Shown here one piece after another: positions 1 to 10,217 of a stretch of 64,000 nt of DNA. The DNA is from an uncultured Clostridia bacterium (GTDB lineage Bacteria > Bacillota > Clostridia > TANB77 > CAG-465): assembly GCA_944388585.1 (NCBI GenBank), contig CALXJI010000003.1, forward strand, positions 79,360-143,359. The letters run 5' to 3'. Position 1 is the stretch's first letter. Each line of letters begins with the position of its first letter. Both the position numbers and the translations under genes were made by a program. The notes beneath the pieces were generated by a model. The model did not search any database and was not told the DNA's origin. It saw only the letters and a list, made by a program, of their open reading frames with translations.

Positions 1-654
1 TTTTACCATTAAATCTACTCTAAGATTTATTCTATTATATAAATATTGCCTATCCTGTTCAATACAAAATACAATAAATTCATACTTAGGACTATTTTTT
101 TCTATTCTTTCTTTTTCATTTTTCATATGCTCAGATTTTAGCATATCAGTTTTTTTAGCAATTTCTAATGCCCTAATTACTCTTTTTACATTATTCATAT
201 GTATTTTACTTGCAGATTCCTTGTCTACTTTAAGTAACATATCATATAAATATTCTTTTCCTTTTGTATTTGCTATATCTTCAAGTTCTTTTCTATATGA
301 TAAATCTGTATCTTCATCTTCAAAATTCATATCATATACAACAGAATTAACATACAGTCCTGTACCACCGGCAATAATTACTTTCTTTCCTCTTTTTACA
401 ATGTCATCAATTTTATCATAACACATACTTTTAAAATCTGCAACGCTAAAACTCTCATCTGGATTACATATATCTATCATATGATGTGGAATTCCTTGCG
501 CCTCTTCTTTTGTAACTTTAGCAGTTCCAACATCTAAGCCTTTATATATCTGCATAGAATCTGCAGAAATTATCTCAGCATCTATTTTTTTTGCAAGCTC
601 TATTGCAAGACCTGTCTTACCTGATGCTGTTGGTCCTACAATGCATATTACTTT
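1..654 (-). CDS. miaA: tRNA dimethylallyltransferase MiaA, N-terminal part (C-terminus runs off the window start); GTG start
   Basis: Minus-strand translation VEKVICIVGPTASGKTGLAIELAKKIDAEIISADSMQIYKGLDVGTAK.. carries the MiaA P-loop and DSMQIYK motif. SD GGTGA sits 5 nt before the GTG. Gene lies directly downstream of mutL as in mutS-mutL-miaA operons. Confidence 0.85.
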
Positions 655-669
655 TTCCACGTTATTCAC

Positions 670-2607
670 CTATTTTCTTAAAAACTTTCTTTCTATTTCA
701 TATTTAGATATTGGATATGCTGTTGGTCTTCCATGAGGACATGTAAAAGGATTATCTAATTTTACCATTTGATCAATAAGACTTATTTGCTCTTTTGTAT
801 CTAGTTTCATTTTTCCTTTTACTGCAGCTTTACAAGCAAGAGTTGCTAAAAATCTAAACTCTTTTTCTGATTTTTCTGTCTTATTTGCTCCAAGCAATTC
901 TTCAATAGTATCTATAAACATTGACTTATAATCTATATCATATCCTATATTTGGTACACCAGATATCTTTATTGTATCTTCACCAAATTCTTCAAGTATA
1001 AATCCACTTTTTTCAAACATTTCTTTGTTATTTAATACACTATCCATTTCCTTTTCAGATAATTTTACAAGTATTGGAATAAGTAAAAGCTGTGATTGTC
1101 TATCTTTAGAATAATATGCCTCTTTTATTTGCTCATATAATAACCTTTCATGAGCTGCATGTTGATCAATTATATACATTTTATCTTCTATTTGAATAAT
1201 TATATATGTATCAAACACATTACCTATATATTTATATAATATTGGCTCCTTTTCATTTTGAAGCATTGATGGTTCTTCTTCATATGTTTCAACATTAAAT
1301 TGTGGAGTTTCAGTTTGCTCTAGTTGTTCAGTTTTATCTAAAGATTTTTGATTGTTTTCCACATTTTCAACAACATTATTATCTACAACTTTTTCCTCTA
1401 AAACTTCTGTATTAATATCTCCTATTTTATCATTTAAACTTTCTATCAAACTATTTGTATTAACTTGTACACTAGGTTTATTATATAGTTTTTTTGTGGC
1501 ACTTTCAAAATCAAACTTTTTTTCTTCTTTTTGAATAACACCATTATTTACCAAATCTTTTGATATTTGCTCTATTTTTTGTTCTTCTTTTACAATAGAA
1601 AATGGACTTGTCTCCTTATTATTTTTTTCTAATGCACTTCTTACAGCATGATATATTACATCAAAAACTTTAGCCTCATCTGAAAATTTTACTTCAAGTT
1701 TTGCAGGATGCACATTTACATCTATAAAAGCTGGATTCATTTTTAAATTACATACAATAAATGGATGTTTATTTATTGCAAATTTTTGTTCACAAGCCTT
1801 ATCTATTGCAGTTGCAATTGTTTTATCTTTTATATATCTATTATTTATAAATGTATATTGATGCATTCTTGTAGATCTCGAAATTGACGGAAGTCCTATC
1901 ATACCAGTAACAGTCATATCTGCCATCTCATATTCTATTGGTACTACAGTATTATATATTTCTTTACCAAATATATCGTAAATAGTATCATGTAAATTTC
2001 CTGTTCCAGATGTTTGTATTATAGTTTTTCCATTATTTATATATCTAAAGCTAATATATGGATTAGATAACGCTATTCTTGTTACAACATCTTCTATATA
2101 TCCAGCTTCTGTATAATCTTTCTTTAAAAATTTAAAACGTGCTGGTACGTTATAAAAAACATCACGTATTTCAATTTGTGTGCCATCTATTGCTGGTATT
2201 TCCTGCTTTTCTATTATATTTCCAGCTTCTACTCTTACTCTTGTACCAATACTTTCATTAATATTTTTAGTTGTAAGAGTTATTTTAGAAATAGCAGCAA
2301 CTGATGCTAAAGCCTCACCTCTAAATCCCATAGAAGTTATTCTTGACAGATCTTCTTCTTTTCTTATTTTACTTGTTGCATGACGCTCAAAAGCTAAATC
2401 TATATCATCTGATTTAAAGCCTGTACCATTATCTATTATCTTTATATAACTTACTCCACCTTTATATATCTCTATACTAATAGCAGTAGCTTTTGCATCT
2501 ATTGAGTTTTCTACCAACTCTTTTACTATAGATGCAGGTCTATCAACAACTTCCCCTGCTGCAATTTTATTAATTGTTTGTTCATCTAATAATACTATAT
2601 CTCCCAT
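670..2607 (-). CDS. mutL: DNA mismatch repair protein MutL
   Basis: 645 aa; N-terminus IVLLDEQTINKIAAGEVVDRPASIVKELVENSIDA is the GHKL ATPase signature of MutL. Confidence 0.95.
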   Translation of the reverse strand: MGDIVLLDEQTINKIAAGEVVDRPASIVKELVENSIDAKATAISIEIYKGGVSYIKIIDNGTGFKSDDIDLAFERHATSKIRKEEDLSRITSMGFRGEALASVAAISKITLTTKNINESIGTRVRVEAGNIIEKQEIPAIDGTQIEIRDVFYNVPARFKFLKKDYTEAGYIEDVVTRIALSNPYISFRYINNGKTIIQTSGTGNLHDTIYDIFGKEIYNTVVPIEYEMADMTVTGMIGLPSISRSTRMHQYTFINNRYIKDKTIATAIDKACEQKFAINKHPFIVCNLKMNPAFIDVNVHPAKLEVKFSDEAKVFDVIYHAVRSALEKNNKETSPFSIVKEEQKIEQISKDLVNNGVIQKEEKKFDFESATKKLYNKPSVQVNTNSLIESLNDKIGDINTEVLEEKVVDNNVVENVENNQKSLDKTEQLEQTETPQFNVETYEEEPSMLQNEKEPILYKYIGNVFDTYIIIQIEDKMYIIDQHAAHERLLYEQIKEAYYSKDRQSQLLLIPILVKLSEKEMDSVLNNKEMFEKSGFILEEFGEDTIKISGVPNIGYDIDYKSMFIDTIEELLGANKTEKSEKEFRFLATLACKAAVKGKMKLDTKEQISLIDQMVKLDNPFTCPHGRPTAYPISKYEIERKFLRK

Positions 2608-2688
2608 AACATTCTCCTTTTTTCACATTAATTATACTATTTTTTTGTAAGTTTTACAACTATAGAAAAAAGCACAAAAATATTGTGC

Positions 2689-5292
2689 TTAATCTAATTT
2701 TTCTTTTAATTTATATAATACTTCTAAAGCATCTTTAGGTGTTAATTCATCTAAATTTATTTTTTCAAGCATACTTGTAACTTCTGCCATTTTATAATTA
2801 AACATATCTACCTGTACTTCCTCTGTTGTTATTTTCTTTCTCTTTTCGTCTATTGTCTTTTTAGCCAAATCTACATTTTCAAGATATTTTAATATTTCTT
2901 TAGCACGTGATATTACACTTCTTTTAATTCCTGCAAGTTTAGCTACATATATTCCATATGATTCATCTGCACCACCTGGTGTTATTTTTCTTAAGAAAAT
3001 AACATCATCGCCTTTTTCTTTTACTTCAACCGAATAATTTTTTACTCCTTCAATTTTACTTTCAAGTTCAATAAGTTCATGATAGTGTGTTGCAAATAAT
3101 GTTTTGGCGCCAATTTTTTCTTTATCTGCTATATATTCAACTGTAGCCCATGCAATAGCAAGTCCATCATATGTAGATGTTCCTCTTCCTATCTCATCTA
3201 ATATTATAAGACTATTTTTAGTTGCATTTTCTAATATATTAGATAGCTCTTGCATTTCAACCATAAATGTAGATTGCCCCATAGCTAAATCATCTGATGC
3301 ACCAATTCTAGTAAATATTCTATCAACAATTGATATTTTAGCACTGTCTGCTGGTACAAAGCATCCAAGTTGAGCCATATATGTAATTAATGCAACCTGT
3401 CTCATATATGTAGATTTACCAGCCATATTAGGGCCTGTAATTATTAAAAATCTATCAGATTCGTTATTTAAATATGAATCATTTGGTATAAATTGCTCAT
3501 TTTTTAAAGCTTTTTCAACAACTGCATGTCTTCCGTTTTTTATATCTATAACACCATCTTGTGTTATTTCAGGTTTTACATATTTATTATTTACTGCAAC
3601 AGTTGCAAAAGAACATAGTACATCAAGAATTGATACTATAGATGCAGTTTTTTGTATTCTAATTACTTGTTGTGCTACTTCTTCCCTTATTCTACAAAAT
3701 AAATCGTACTCAACATCCACAAGTTTTTCTTTTGCACCAAGTATTTTTTCTTCTATTTCTTTTAATTCTTCTGTAACATATCTTTCTGCACCAGCAAGTG
3801 TTTGCTTACGTATATATCTATCTTCTGGTACTTGATTTTTATATGCATTTGTTACTTCAATGTAATAACCAAATACTCTATTATATCCTATTCTTAGCCA
3901 CTTTCCTTTTATTCCTGTACGCTCTTTTTCCTTAGCTTCAAGTTCCATAAGCCACTCTTGTCCTTTAGAAGACGCCATTCTGTATTCATCTACTTGTTTA
4001 CTAAATCCATCCTTTATTATTCCGCCCTCTTTTATAGTAACACCAGCATCTTCTACTATAGCTTTATCTATTAATGTATATACATCTTCTAAAGTATCAA
4101 TAGTTTCTAAGAATTCTGTAAAATATTCGTCTTTAGTTTCATTTGAAATTTTTTCTAATAATTTTTTTAGTTGTGGTAATTTCATTAATGAATTTTTAAG
4201 TGAAGTTAATTCTCTTGCATTTACGCTTCCACCTACAACTTTAGAAATTAATCTTTCAATATCATATACAGATTTTAGTATTTCCTTAAGCTCATCTCTA
4301 TATATATTACTCTTATATAATACATCTACTGCGTTTTGACGTTTTTTTATCTCATCAATATTTAAAAGAGGAGATTCAAGCCAATGTCTTAGTGCTCTTC
4401 CTCCCATTGCAGTAACTGTTTCATCTAGCACCCATAAAAGACTACCTTTTTTTGTTTTTTCTCTGTTTGCTTCTAATATTTCAAGATTTTTACGAGTTGT
4501 TGTATCTAGTTGCATATATTTTTCTATTTCATACTTTTCTATATTATTAATTTGCTCTATAGAACCCTTTTGTGTATCTTCTACATAATTTAATAATAAA
4601 GTAGCTGCAACATCTTCTAGTTTAGATAGTTCTATGTCTTTATTTAACACAATTTTATTTAACAGTTCATTTTTTACTTCATTATTATATGTACTAACAT
4701 ATATATTGAAAATTTTATTAAATTGTTTTAAAAAAATAGCATTTTCTTTTGTTGAATCTGAAAGTATAATCTCAGATGGAGCAATTCTTGAAATTTCATT
4801 TAATATTTTTGTATTTACATCTACCCCTTTAACGCTAGAGATAAAAAACTCTCCTGTAGATATATCACAAAAAGAAATTGCACATTCTTTTCTTTCCATA
4901 TAAATACATGCAATATAATTATTCTTTTTTTCATCAAGCATTGTTAAGTCTGTAATAGTTCCAGGAGTTACAATCTTTACAACATCTCTTTTAACTATTC
5001 CCTTAGCATATCTTGGATCTTCTAATTGTTCACAAATAGCTACTTTATATCCCTTCTCTATAAGCTTAGGAATATAGGTGTTTATTGCATGATGTGGAAT
5101 GCCACACATTGGAGCTCTTTCTTCAAGTCCACAATCTTTGCCAGTCAAAGTAAGCTCTAACTCTTTACTAACAGTTATAGCATCATCAAAAAACATTTCA
5201 TAAAAATCACCAAGTCTATAAAATAAAATACAATCTTTATATTTTTCTTTTGTGTCTAAATAATTTTGCATCATTGGTGTAACTGTAGCCAT
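2689..5292 (-). CDS. mutS: DNA mismatch repair protein MutS
   Basis: 867 aa; N-terminus MQNYLDTKEKYKDCILFYRLGDFYEMFFDDA; Walker A GPNMAGKST; lies upstream of mutL. Confidence 0.95.
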   Translation of the reverse strand: MATVTPMMQNYLDTKEKYKDCILFYRLGDFYEMFFDDAITVSKELELTLTGKDCGLEERAPMCGIPHHAINTYIPKLIEKGYKVAICEQLEDPRYAKGIVKRDVVKIVTPGTITDLTMLDEKKNNYIACIYMERKECAISFCDISTGEFFISSVKGVDVNTKILNEISRIAPSEIILSDSTKENAIFLKQFNKIFNIYVSTYNNEVKNELLNKIVLNKDIELSKLEDVAATLLLNYVEDTQKGSIEQINNIEKYEIEKYMQLDTTTRKNLEILEANREKTKKGSLLWVLDETVTAMGGRALRHWLESPLLNIDEIKKRQNAVDVLYKSNIYRDELKEILKSVYDIERLISKVVGGSVNARELTSLKNSLMKLPQLKKLLEKISNETKDEYFTEFLETIDTLEDVYTLIDKAIVEDAGVTIKEGGIIKDGFSKQVDEYRMASSKGQEWLMELEAKEKERTGIKGKWLRIGYNRVFGYYIEVTNAYKNQVPEDRYIRKQTLAGAERYVTEELKEIEEKILGAKEKLVDVEYDLFCRIREEVAQQVIRIQKTASIVSILDVLCSFATVAVNNKYVKPEITQDGVIDIKNGRHAVVEKALKNEQFIPNDSYLNNESDRFLIITGPNMAGKSTYMRQVALITYMAQLGCFVPADSAKISIVDRIFTRIGASDDLAMGQSTFMVEMQELSNILENATKNSLIILDEIGRGTSTYDGLAIAWATVEYIADKEKIGAKTLFATHYHELIELESKIEGVKNYSVEVKEKGDDVIFLRKITPGGADESYGIYVAKLAGIKRSVISRAKEILKYLENVDLAKKTIDEKRKKITTEEVQVDMFNYKMAEVTSMLEKINLDELTPKDALEVLYKLKEKLD

Positions 5293-5552
5293 TATTTTGC
5301 CCCCTTAAAACAAAGATAATTATATCAAAAAATGTTGAAAAAATCAATAAAATATATTTTTGCAAAAAAGAAGTCTAAAAGAAAATTTAATATAAATATT
5401 CCTATTTTTTCTTGACTATTATTATATAATTAAATAAATTAGATAATAAATTTATAAAAATTTAAAATTTTATTATTTTATTATTTTTTTGTTATCTTTT
5501 TTATTTTTTATCGTTATATTAAATGTAAAGTTTATTTATGGAAGGAGGAGCT

Positions 5553-6077
5553 ATGAGTATTGAATATTTAGTAGAAAAATATACAAATTTAATATATAAA
5601 ATATGCTATGATATGCTCAATTCTTCTCCTGATGCACAAGACTTATCTCAAGAAGTATTTTTAAGCTTTTATTTACATTTAGAAGAATATATAAATTTAC
5701 CGGAAAATGATATAAAAAATATACTTTGTAAAATAGCACTAAACAAATGTAAAGACTTTTTAAAAAGTAAGTCATATAAATTAAAATTACTTACAAATGA
5801 CGATAGTACAGAACTTGAAAAATATGAAGAAGATAATAATATACTTGAAGAAATAATAAAAAAAGAAGAGGAAAATTATATACAAAAAATAATAAATGGT
5901 CTAAAAGAACCATATAACAACATCTTATACTTATATTATTTAAAAAGTTTTACATTAGATGAAATTAGTGATAAGCTAAATATACCAAAGCCTACTTTAA
6001 AAGTACAACTTTACAGAGGTAAGAAAATACTTAAAAATACAATAGAAATTGATAATGGAGGTGGTTATATATCATGA
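5553..6077 (+). CDS. ECF-type RNA polymerase sigma factor (sigma-70 family); alternative in-frame ATG at 5538
   Basis: Region 2 (DLSQEVFLSFY) and region 4 (TLDEISDKLNIPKPTLKVQLYRGKKILK) helix-turn-helix; SD GGAAGGAGG precedes the 5553 ATG; stop overlaps start of the next gene (ATGA). Confidence 0.75.
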   Translation: MSIEYLVEKYTNLIYKICYDMLNSSPDAQDLSQEVFLSFYLHLEEYINLPENDIKNILCKIALNKCKDFLKSKSYKLKLLTNDDSTELEKYEEDNNILEEIIKKEEENYIQKIINGLKEPYNNILYLYYLKSFTLDEISDKLNIPKPTLKVQLYRGKKILKNTIEIDNGGGYIS

Positions 6078-6478
6078 AGGAAGTAGAAAAAAATGAACAA
6101 TTAGATATAATAAATACAATTTTAAATGATGATAAAGCTTTCAATACTTATATAAATAGTATAGAAAAAGATATTGATATAAAAACACCAGATAATCTAG
6201 AAAATAACATTTTAAATTATATTAAAAATAACAAATCTCAAAATATAGAAAAACAAAATTCTAAAGTCAAAAAGTTTAAACCAATTGATATATTAAAAAT
6301 CGCTGCGTGCACTATACTTTCTGTGTTATTATGGCAAGCTATGTCACTGCCACCAGAAAGCGTTATGTCCCAAAATGAAGAGCCACAAACATACTTTACC
6401 ATTAACACAAACGATTTTTATAGAAAGATTAATCAATTTATGTTTAAACAGATAAATATAGAAAGGGGAGATAAATAA
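6074..6478 (+). CDS. putative membrane-anchored anti-sigma factor
   Basis: Translationally coupled to the sigma factor gene; single TM helix ILKIAACTILSVLLWQAM; small size typical of ECF anti-sigma factors. Confidence 0.5.
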   Translation: MKEVEKNEQLDIINTILNDDKAFNTYINSIEKDIDIKTPDNLENNILNYIKNNKSQNIEKQNSKVKKFKPIDILKIAACTILSVLLWQAMSLPPESVMSQNEEPQTYFTINTNDFYRKINQFMFKQINIERGDK

Positions 6479-6975
6479 TGAAGAAAAATATATTTTTAAC
6501 ATTCTGTTTTAGCTTTGTACCAGGTGCAGGACAAATGTACCAAGGATATATGAAAAGAGGATTATCTATATTAATACTATTTTCTGCTTTTGCCGCAATA
6601 TTTGGAACTATTTCAATTCCTCTTTTTATAATACCACTACCAGTAATATATATATATAGCTTCTTTGATACATTTTATATTAGAAATTCTTTTTCAAAAG
6701 AGGAAAAAATCGAAGATAATTTTATATGGAATGATTTTAATTTAGACTCTGTAAAAAATTCTCTTAATATTTCTAATAACAAAAAATTAATAGGTATTAT
6801 TCTTGTGTTTATAGGACTATATATTATAATTTCCAATATACTACCACAATTATTCTATGATTTAGATTTAAGAATAGTAAGTAATATGCTATATACATTA
6901 AGCTCATATATAACTCCTATTGCAATTGCAGCTTTATCTATAGTTATTGGAATAAAATTAATAGGTAGAAAATAA
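6478..6975 (+). CDS. TM2-domain-like membrane protein
   Basis: PGAGQMYQGYMKRGLSIL motif followed by hydrophobic helices; start overlaps previous stop. Confidence 0.45.
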   Translation: MKKNIFLTFCFSFVPGAGQMYQGYMKRGLSILILFSAFAAIFGTISIPLFIIPLPVIYIYSFFDTFYIRNSFSKEEKIEDNFIWNDFNLDSVKNSLNISNNKKLIGIILVFIGLYIIISNILPQLFYDLDLRIVSNMLYTLSSYITPIAIAALSIVIGIKLIGRK

Positions 6976-6990
6976 TAGGAGGATAAGTAA

Positions 6991-7650
6991 ATGGAAAATA
7001 AAAAAAGAAAAATAATTGGTAGAACAACTTTTGGTATTGCATTAATACTATTTGGTATCTCTTTAGTTATTCAAACACTATTTACTTTAGACATTTTAAA
7101 ATATATCTTAATGCTATGGCCACTAATAATAATTTCACTAGGTATTGAAATTATATACTATTCTAATAAAAATGATATTGAAGTAAAATATGATTTTTGG
7201 GGAATTATTTTAACAGGTATAGTAGTATTCTTTGGAATAATATTTAGCTTGTTTAATTATGGTGTAAATAAAATACTATATAATGATGATGTAATACAAT
7301 ATCTTCAAACACCTAATGAAGATTATATAGATTATTCATTTGATTCTAAATTAAAAATAACTAATATGGATGATTCAACTATTAATATAAAAATAATAGA
7401 AGATGAACAATGTACAGAAACTAAAGTTGTAATGAAATATACTTTAATACCGAAAACTACAGATAATGTACTAGCACTATTTGAAAATGCTGACTCACTA
7501 TATAATTACATTGACATAGATAATTTAGATTCAGATATAGCAACACTTGAAATATTGGATATACCAAGTACATTTGAAGATACAGAAATTGTTATTAATA
7601 CATCATCAAAAGATAATATATTATTAAATGGCAACTTCCATAATCTTTAA
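6991..7650 (+). CDS. LiaF-like / cell-wall-stress membrane protein (N-terminal TM region, C-terminal soluble domain)
   Basis: N-terminal pattern TTFGIALILFGISLVIQ..WPLIIISLGIEIIY resembles the LiaF/LiaI TM region; last gene of the sigma/anti-sigma operon. Confidence 0.4.
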   Translation: MENKKRKIIGRTTFGIALILFGISLVIQTLFTLDILKYILMLWPLIIISLGIEIIYYSNKNDIEVKYDFWGIILTGIVVFFGIIFSLFNYGVNKILYNDDVIQYLQTPNEDYIDYSFDSKLKITNMDDSTINIKIIEDEQCTETKVVMKYTLIPKTTDNVLALFENADSLYNYIDIDNLDSDIATLEILDIPSTFEDTEIVINTSSKDNILLNGNFHNL

Positions 7651-7694
7651 CTATACAAAAGAATTGCTCTAGAAAAATCTAGAGCTTTTCTTTT

Positions 7695-8180
7695 TTATAA
7701 CATAAAATTCACAATAATTATTGTTGATATAACTGCTGCTAAATCTCCAATAAGTCCAGCTATAATTACTATTTTCAAATCTTTTATTTTTACTTTACTA
7801 GACAAAATAGAAATTACATATAACGTTGTTTCGGTAGATGCCATAAGTATTGATGCTACAAGACCAATAAAAGTGTCAGGTCCTATATTTTTAAAAATAT
7901 CTACTACTATAGATGTTGATGCTCCACCAGATAATGGCTTCATTAGTATTAAAGGAAGTAAATTTCCTGTTATTCCAAATATAGAAATATTTTCAAGTAT
8001 TTTTGTATCATTTATAAGACCAGAAATTATAGTTATTGCAAATATATAGGGAAATATATTATATACTGTTTTTAATCCTTCTTTTGCTCCCTCTATAAAT
8101 AATGAGTATACGTTTCTTCTTTCAAAAATTCCAACTATTATTATAATTAAAATAAATAATGGTACAATATAATTACTCAT
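7695..8180 (-). CDS. spmB: spore maturation protein B (nucleoside-recognition/Gate domain)
   Basis: 161 aa; FIEGAKEGLKTVYNIFPY...LMKPLSGGASTSIVVD...GPDTFIGLVASILMASTETTLYV closely parallels B. subtilis SpmB. Confidence 0.85.
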   Translation of the reverse strand: MSNYIVPLFILIIIIVGIFERRNVYSLFIEGAKEGLKTVYNIFPYIFAITIISGLINDTKILENISIFGITGNLLPLILMKPLSGGASTSIVVDIFKNIGPDTFIGLVASILMASTETTLYVISILSSKVKIKDLKIVIIAGLIGDLAAVISTIIIVNFML

Positions 8181-8748
8181 AATATCTCCACATTATTCTC
8201 AAAGATATAAGTGCTACTATAAGTGAAATAACTGATACACTTATAACCGGTAAAATAATTTCACTTGGATTTTGTGAGTTATATAAAGTCCTAAGTGATA
8301 TCATACTAGTTGGTATTATTTGCATTGAAGCTGTATTTAAAACTATAAAAGTCGCCATAGATCTATTTAATTTTTTCTTATCTCTATTATTTTTTTGAAG
8401 CTCTTCTATACCTTTTAAACTGTTTACTGTCGCTGCATTTCCCACTCCCATCAAATTTGAAATTATATTTAAACTAATATATTCTTTTGCTTTCTCACTT
8501 ACTTCTTCCTTTTTAAATAAAAACGAAAAGAAATTATATACTTTTTTAGCAAATTTACTTAAAAAACTACAGTTAGACAATATATTAAACATACCACTCC
8601 AAAATATTAACATACTTGCAATAACAAATATGTTTTCTATCGCTCCTTTTGAGCTATTAGAAATAGATTCCACAACAACTTGTGGACTTAAGAAAATACA
8701 TGAAAAAACTATACATATTATTAAAAAAGTAGACCATATAAAAGACAT
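8173..8748 (-). CDS. spmA: spore maturation protein A
   Basis: MSFIWSTFLII..NLMGVGNAATVNSLKGIEELQ..RSMATFIVLNTASMQIIPTSMISLR parallels B. subtilis SpmA; SD GAGGTG before the internal ATG at 8748 (the longest ORF extends to 8793); overlaps spmB. Confidence 0.8.
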   Translation of the reverse strand: MSFIWSTFLIICIVFSCIFLSPQVVVESISNSSKGAIENIFVIASMLIFWSGMFNILSNCSFLSKFAKKVYNFFSFLFKKEEVSEKAKEYISLNIISNLMGVGNAATVNSLKGIEELQKNNRDKKKLNRSMATFIVLNTASMQIIPTSMISLRTLYNSQNPSEIILPVISVSVISLIVALISLRIMWRYYE

Positions 8749-8849
8749 ATTACACCTCACTAGATTATATGTCTTATTTTTTAATCTATTCAATATGTAT
8801 AATTGAAAAAAGTTTATATAATAATATATAATTATATAAGGTGAAATAA

Positions 8850-9524
8850 ATGAGTAAAAATCTATTTTTTGATGTTGGTAGAACTCTATTATATCCTAAG
8901 ACTCAAAATTGGTTTATACCACCAAATTATAACAATATACTAAATAATGTAACATTAAAGGAGTTAAAAAAATCTACTGAAAAACATAAGTACTTGTTAG
9001 ATGAACGACATATAAATACTGAGGAAGAAGAATTTGAGATGTTTTCAAAATTTTATTTATATGTATTAAAAGATCTAAATTACCCTGATATAAATCAACA
9101 AGTTATACAAAATCTCGCATACGACTGCGTATATAATGATGATAAATTTATATTTTATAAAGAAGTAAAAGATGAACTAATAAGTTTATCTAAAAATTAT
9201 AATTTATATGTTATATCTGATGCATGGCCATCAACATATAGAATATTAAAAAATTATGGTATTTTTGATCTATTTAAAAATGTATTTATATCATCTGACT
9301 TAGGATTTAAAAAATCTGATAAAACTCTTTTTGAAATAGCACTTGAAAAAATACCTTCTACCGATGAAAATTTCTTTATTGACGATAGATATGATTTACT
9401 TAAAATTTCCGAAAGTTATGGCTTTATTCCAATAATCATAGATAGAGATGATAATAAATTAACAAATTATATAGAAATAAATAACTTAACTCATTTAAAT
9501 GAATTACTAAATTACTATAAATAA
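8850..9524 (+). CDS. HAD-superfamily hydrolase
   Basis: Motif I FFDVGRTLL, later VISDAWPST, SDLGFKKSD and FIDD motifs typical of haloacid-dehalogenase-like hydrolases. Confidence 0.6.
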   Translation: MSKNLFFDVGRTLLYPKTQNWFIPPNYNNILNNVTLKELKKSTEKHKYLLDERHINTEEEEFEMFSKFYLYVLKDLNYPDINQQVIQNLAYDCVYNDDKFIFYKEVKDELISLSKNYNLYVISDAWPSTYRILKNYGIFDLFKNVFISSDLGFKKSDKTLFEIALEKIPSTDENFFIDDRYDLLKISESYGFIPIIIDRDDNKLTNYIEINNLTHLNELLNYYK

Positions 9525-9546
9525 AGTCGGACTTAAATCCGACTTT
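9524..9546. terminator. bidirectional intrinsic terminator between convergent genes
   Basis: Stem AAAGTCGG / CCGACTTT with 7-nt loop, flanked by A/T runs, lying between the 9524 and 9545 gene ends. Confidence 0.7.
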
Positions 9547-9994
9547 ATTCTATATAATCTGAAAAATCTATCAATCTATAAGTATATGCCACTTGTATTT
9601 TATTATTACTTTCCCTTTTTCTACTTTCTATTCCACCTGAATTTTCAAGAAATCTTCTCATTTTTTCATTCTTTTCATCACACCAAACAATTAAGCTTCT
9701 ATATCCTCTATCAAATAACTGTTTTTTAGTTTCAAAAAGTACTTCTGAATTTACTGTATCTTTATTTTTTACATTTCTTGTATAAATACCATATATTTCT
9801 GAATCATAATCGTCATCATCAACATCATCTGAACCAAAAAATGTAGCACTCACTATATTATTTTCTTCATTTTCATATACATACAAATACTTATCATCAT
9901 TTTTCATAAATTCTTTTATTTCTTCTTTTGATAATCCTATATTAGGTATCTCTACTATTTTATCTATATCGTTTACATTTGCTCTTCTATACAT
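9545..9994 (-). CDS. GNAT-family N-acetyltransferase (putative)
   Basis: 149 aa; C-terminal RGYRSLIVWCDEKNEKMRRFLENSGG resembles the GNAT motif A/B region. Confidence 0.45.
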   Translation of the reverse strand: MYRRANVNDIDKIVEIPNIGLSKEEIKEFMKNDDKYLYVYENEENNIVSATFFGSDDVDDDDYDSEIYGIYTRNVKNKDTVNSEVLFETKKQLFDRGYRSLIVWCDEKNEKMRRFLENSGGIESRKRESNNKIQVAYTYRLIDFSDYIE

Positions 9995-10217
9995 ATATTA
10001 CACCTCTTTAAAATTTATTAGTATTTTTCCTCAAATTATCATGTTTACATCTATATTACATTAAATTCTTAAAAAAATCAATAATTTATTTTCCTTAATT
10101 AACTATTTATATTTTATTATAATAAATAACTATTAAAATATTAACTTTAAATAATTTTATTTACAAAAAAGTAATTATTATATATAATTTATATATATTA
10201 TTTTTTTAGGTGATAGG

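Noticed and set aside
1352-1534. Short antisense ORFs listed in the six-frame track inside mutL, mutS, the 1444-aa gene, cysS (25124-26191), the CyuA-like gene (29049-29663) and others
   Set aside because: They lie wholly inside long, well-supported genes on the opposite strand, have no SD, and are low-complexity translations. The long ones cluster exactly where GC content is high, which removes stop codons by chance.
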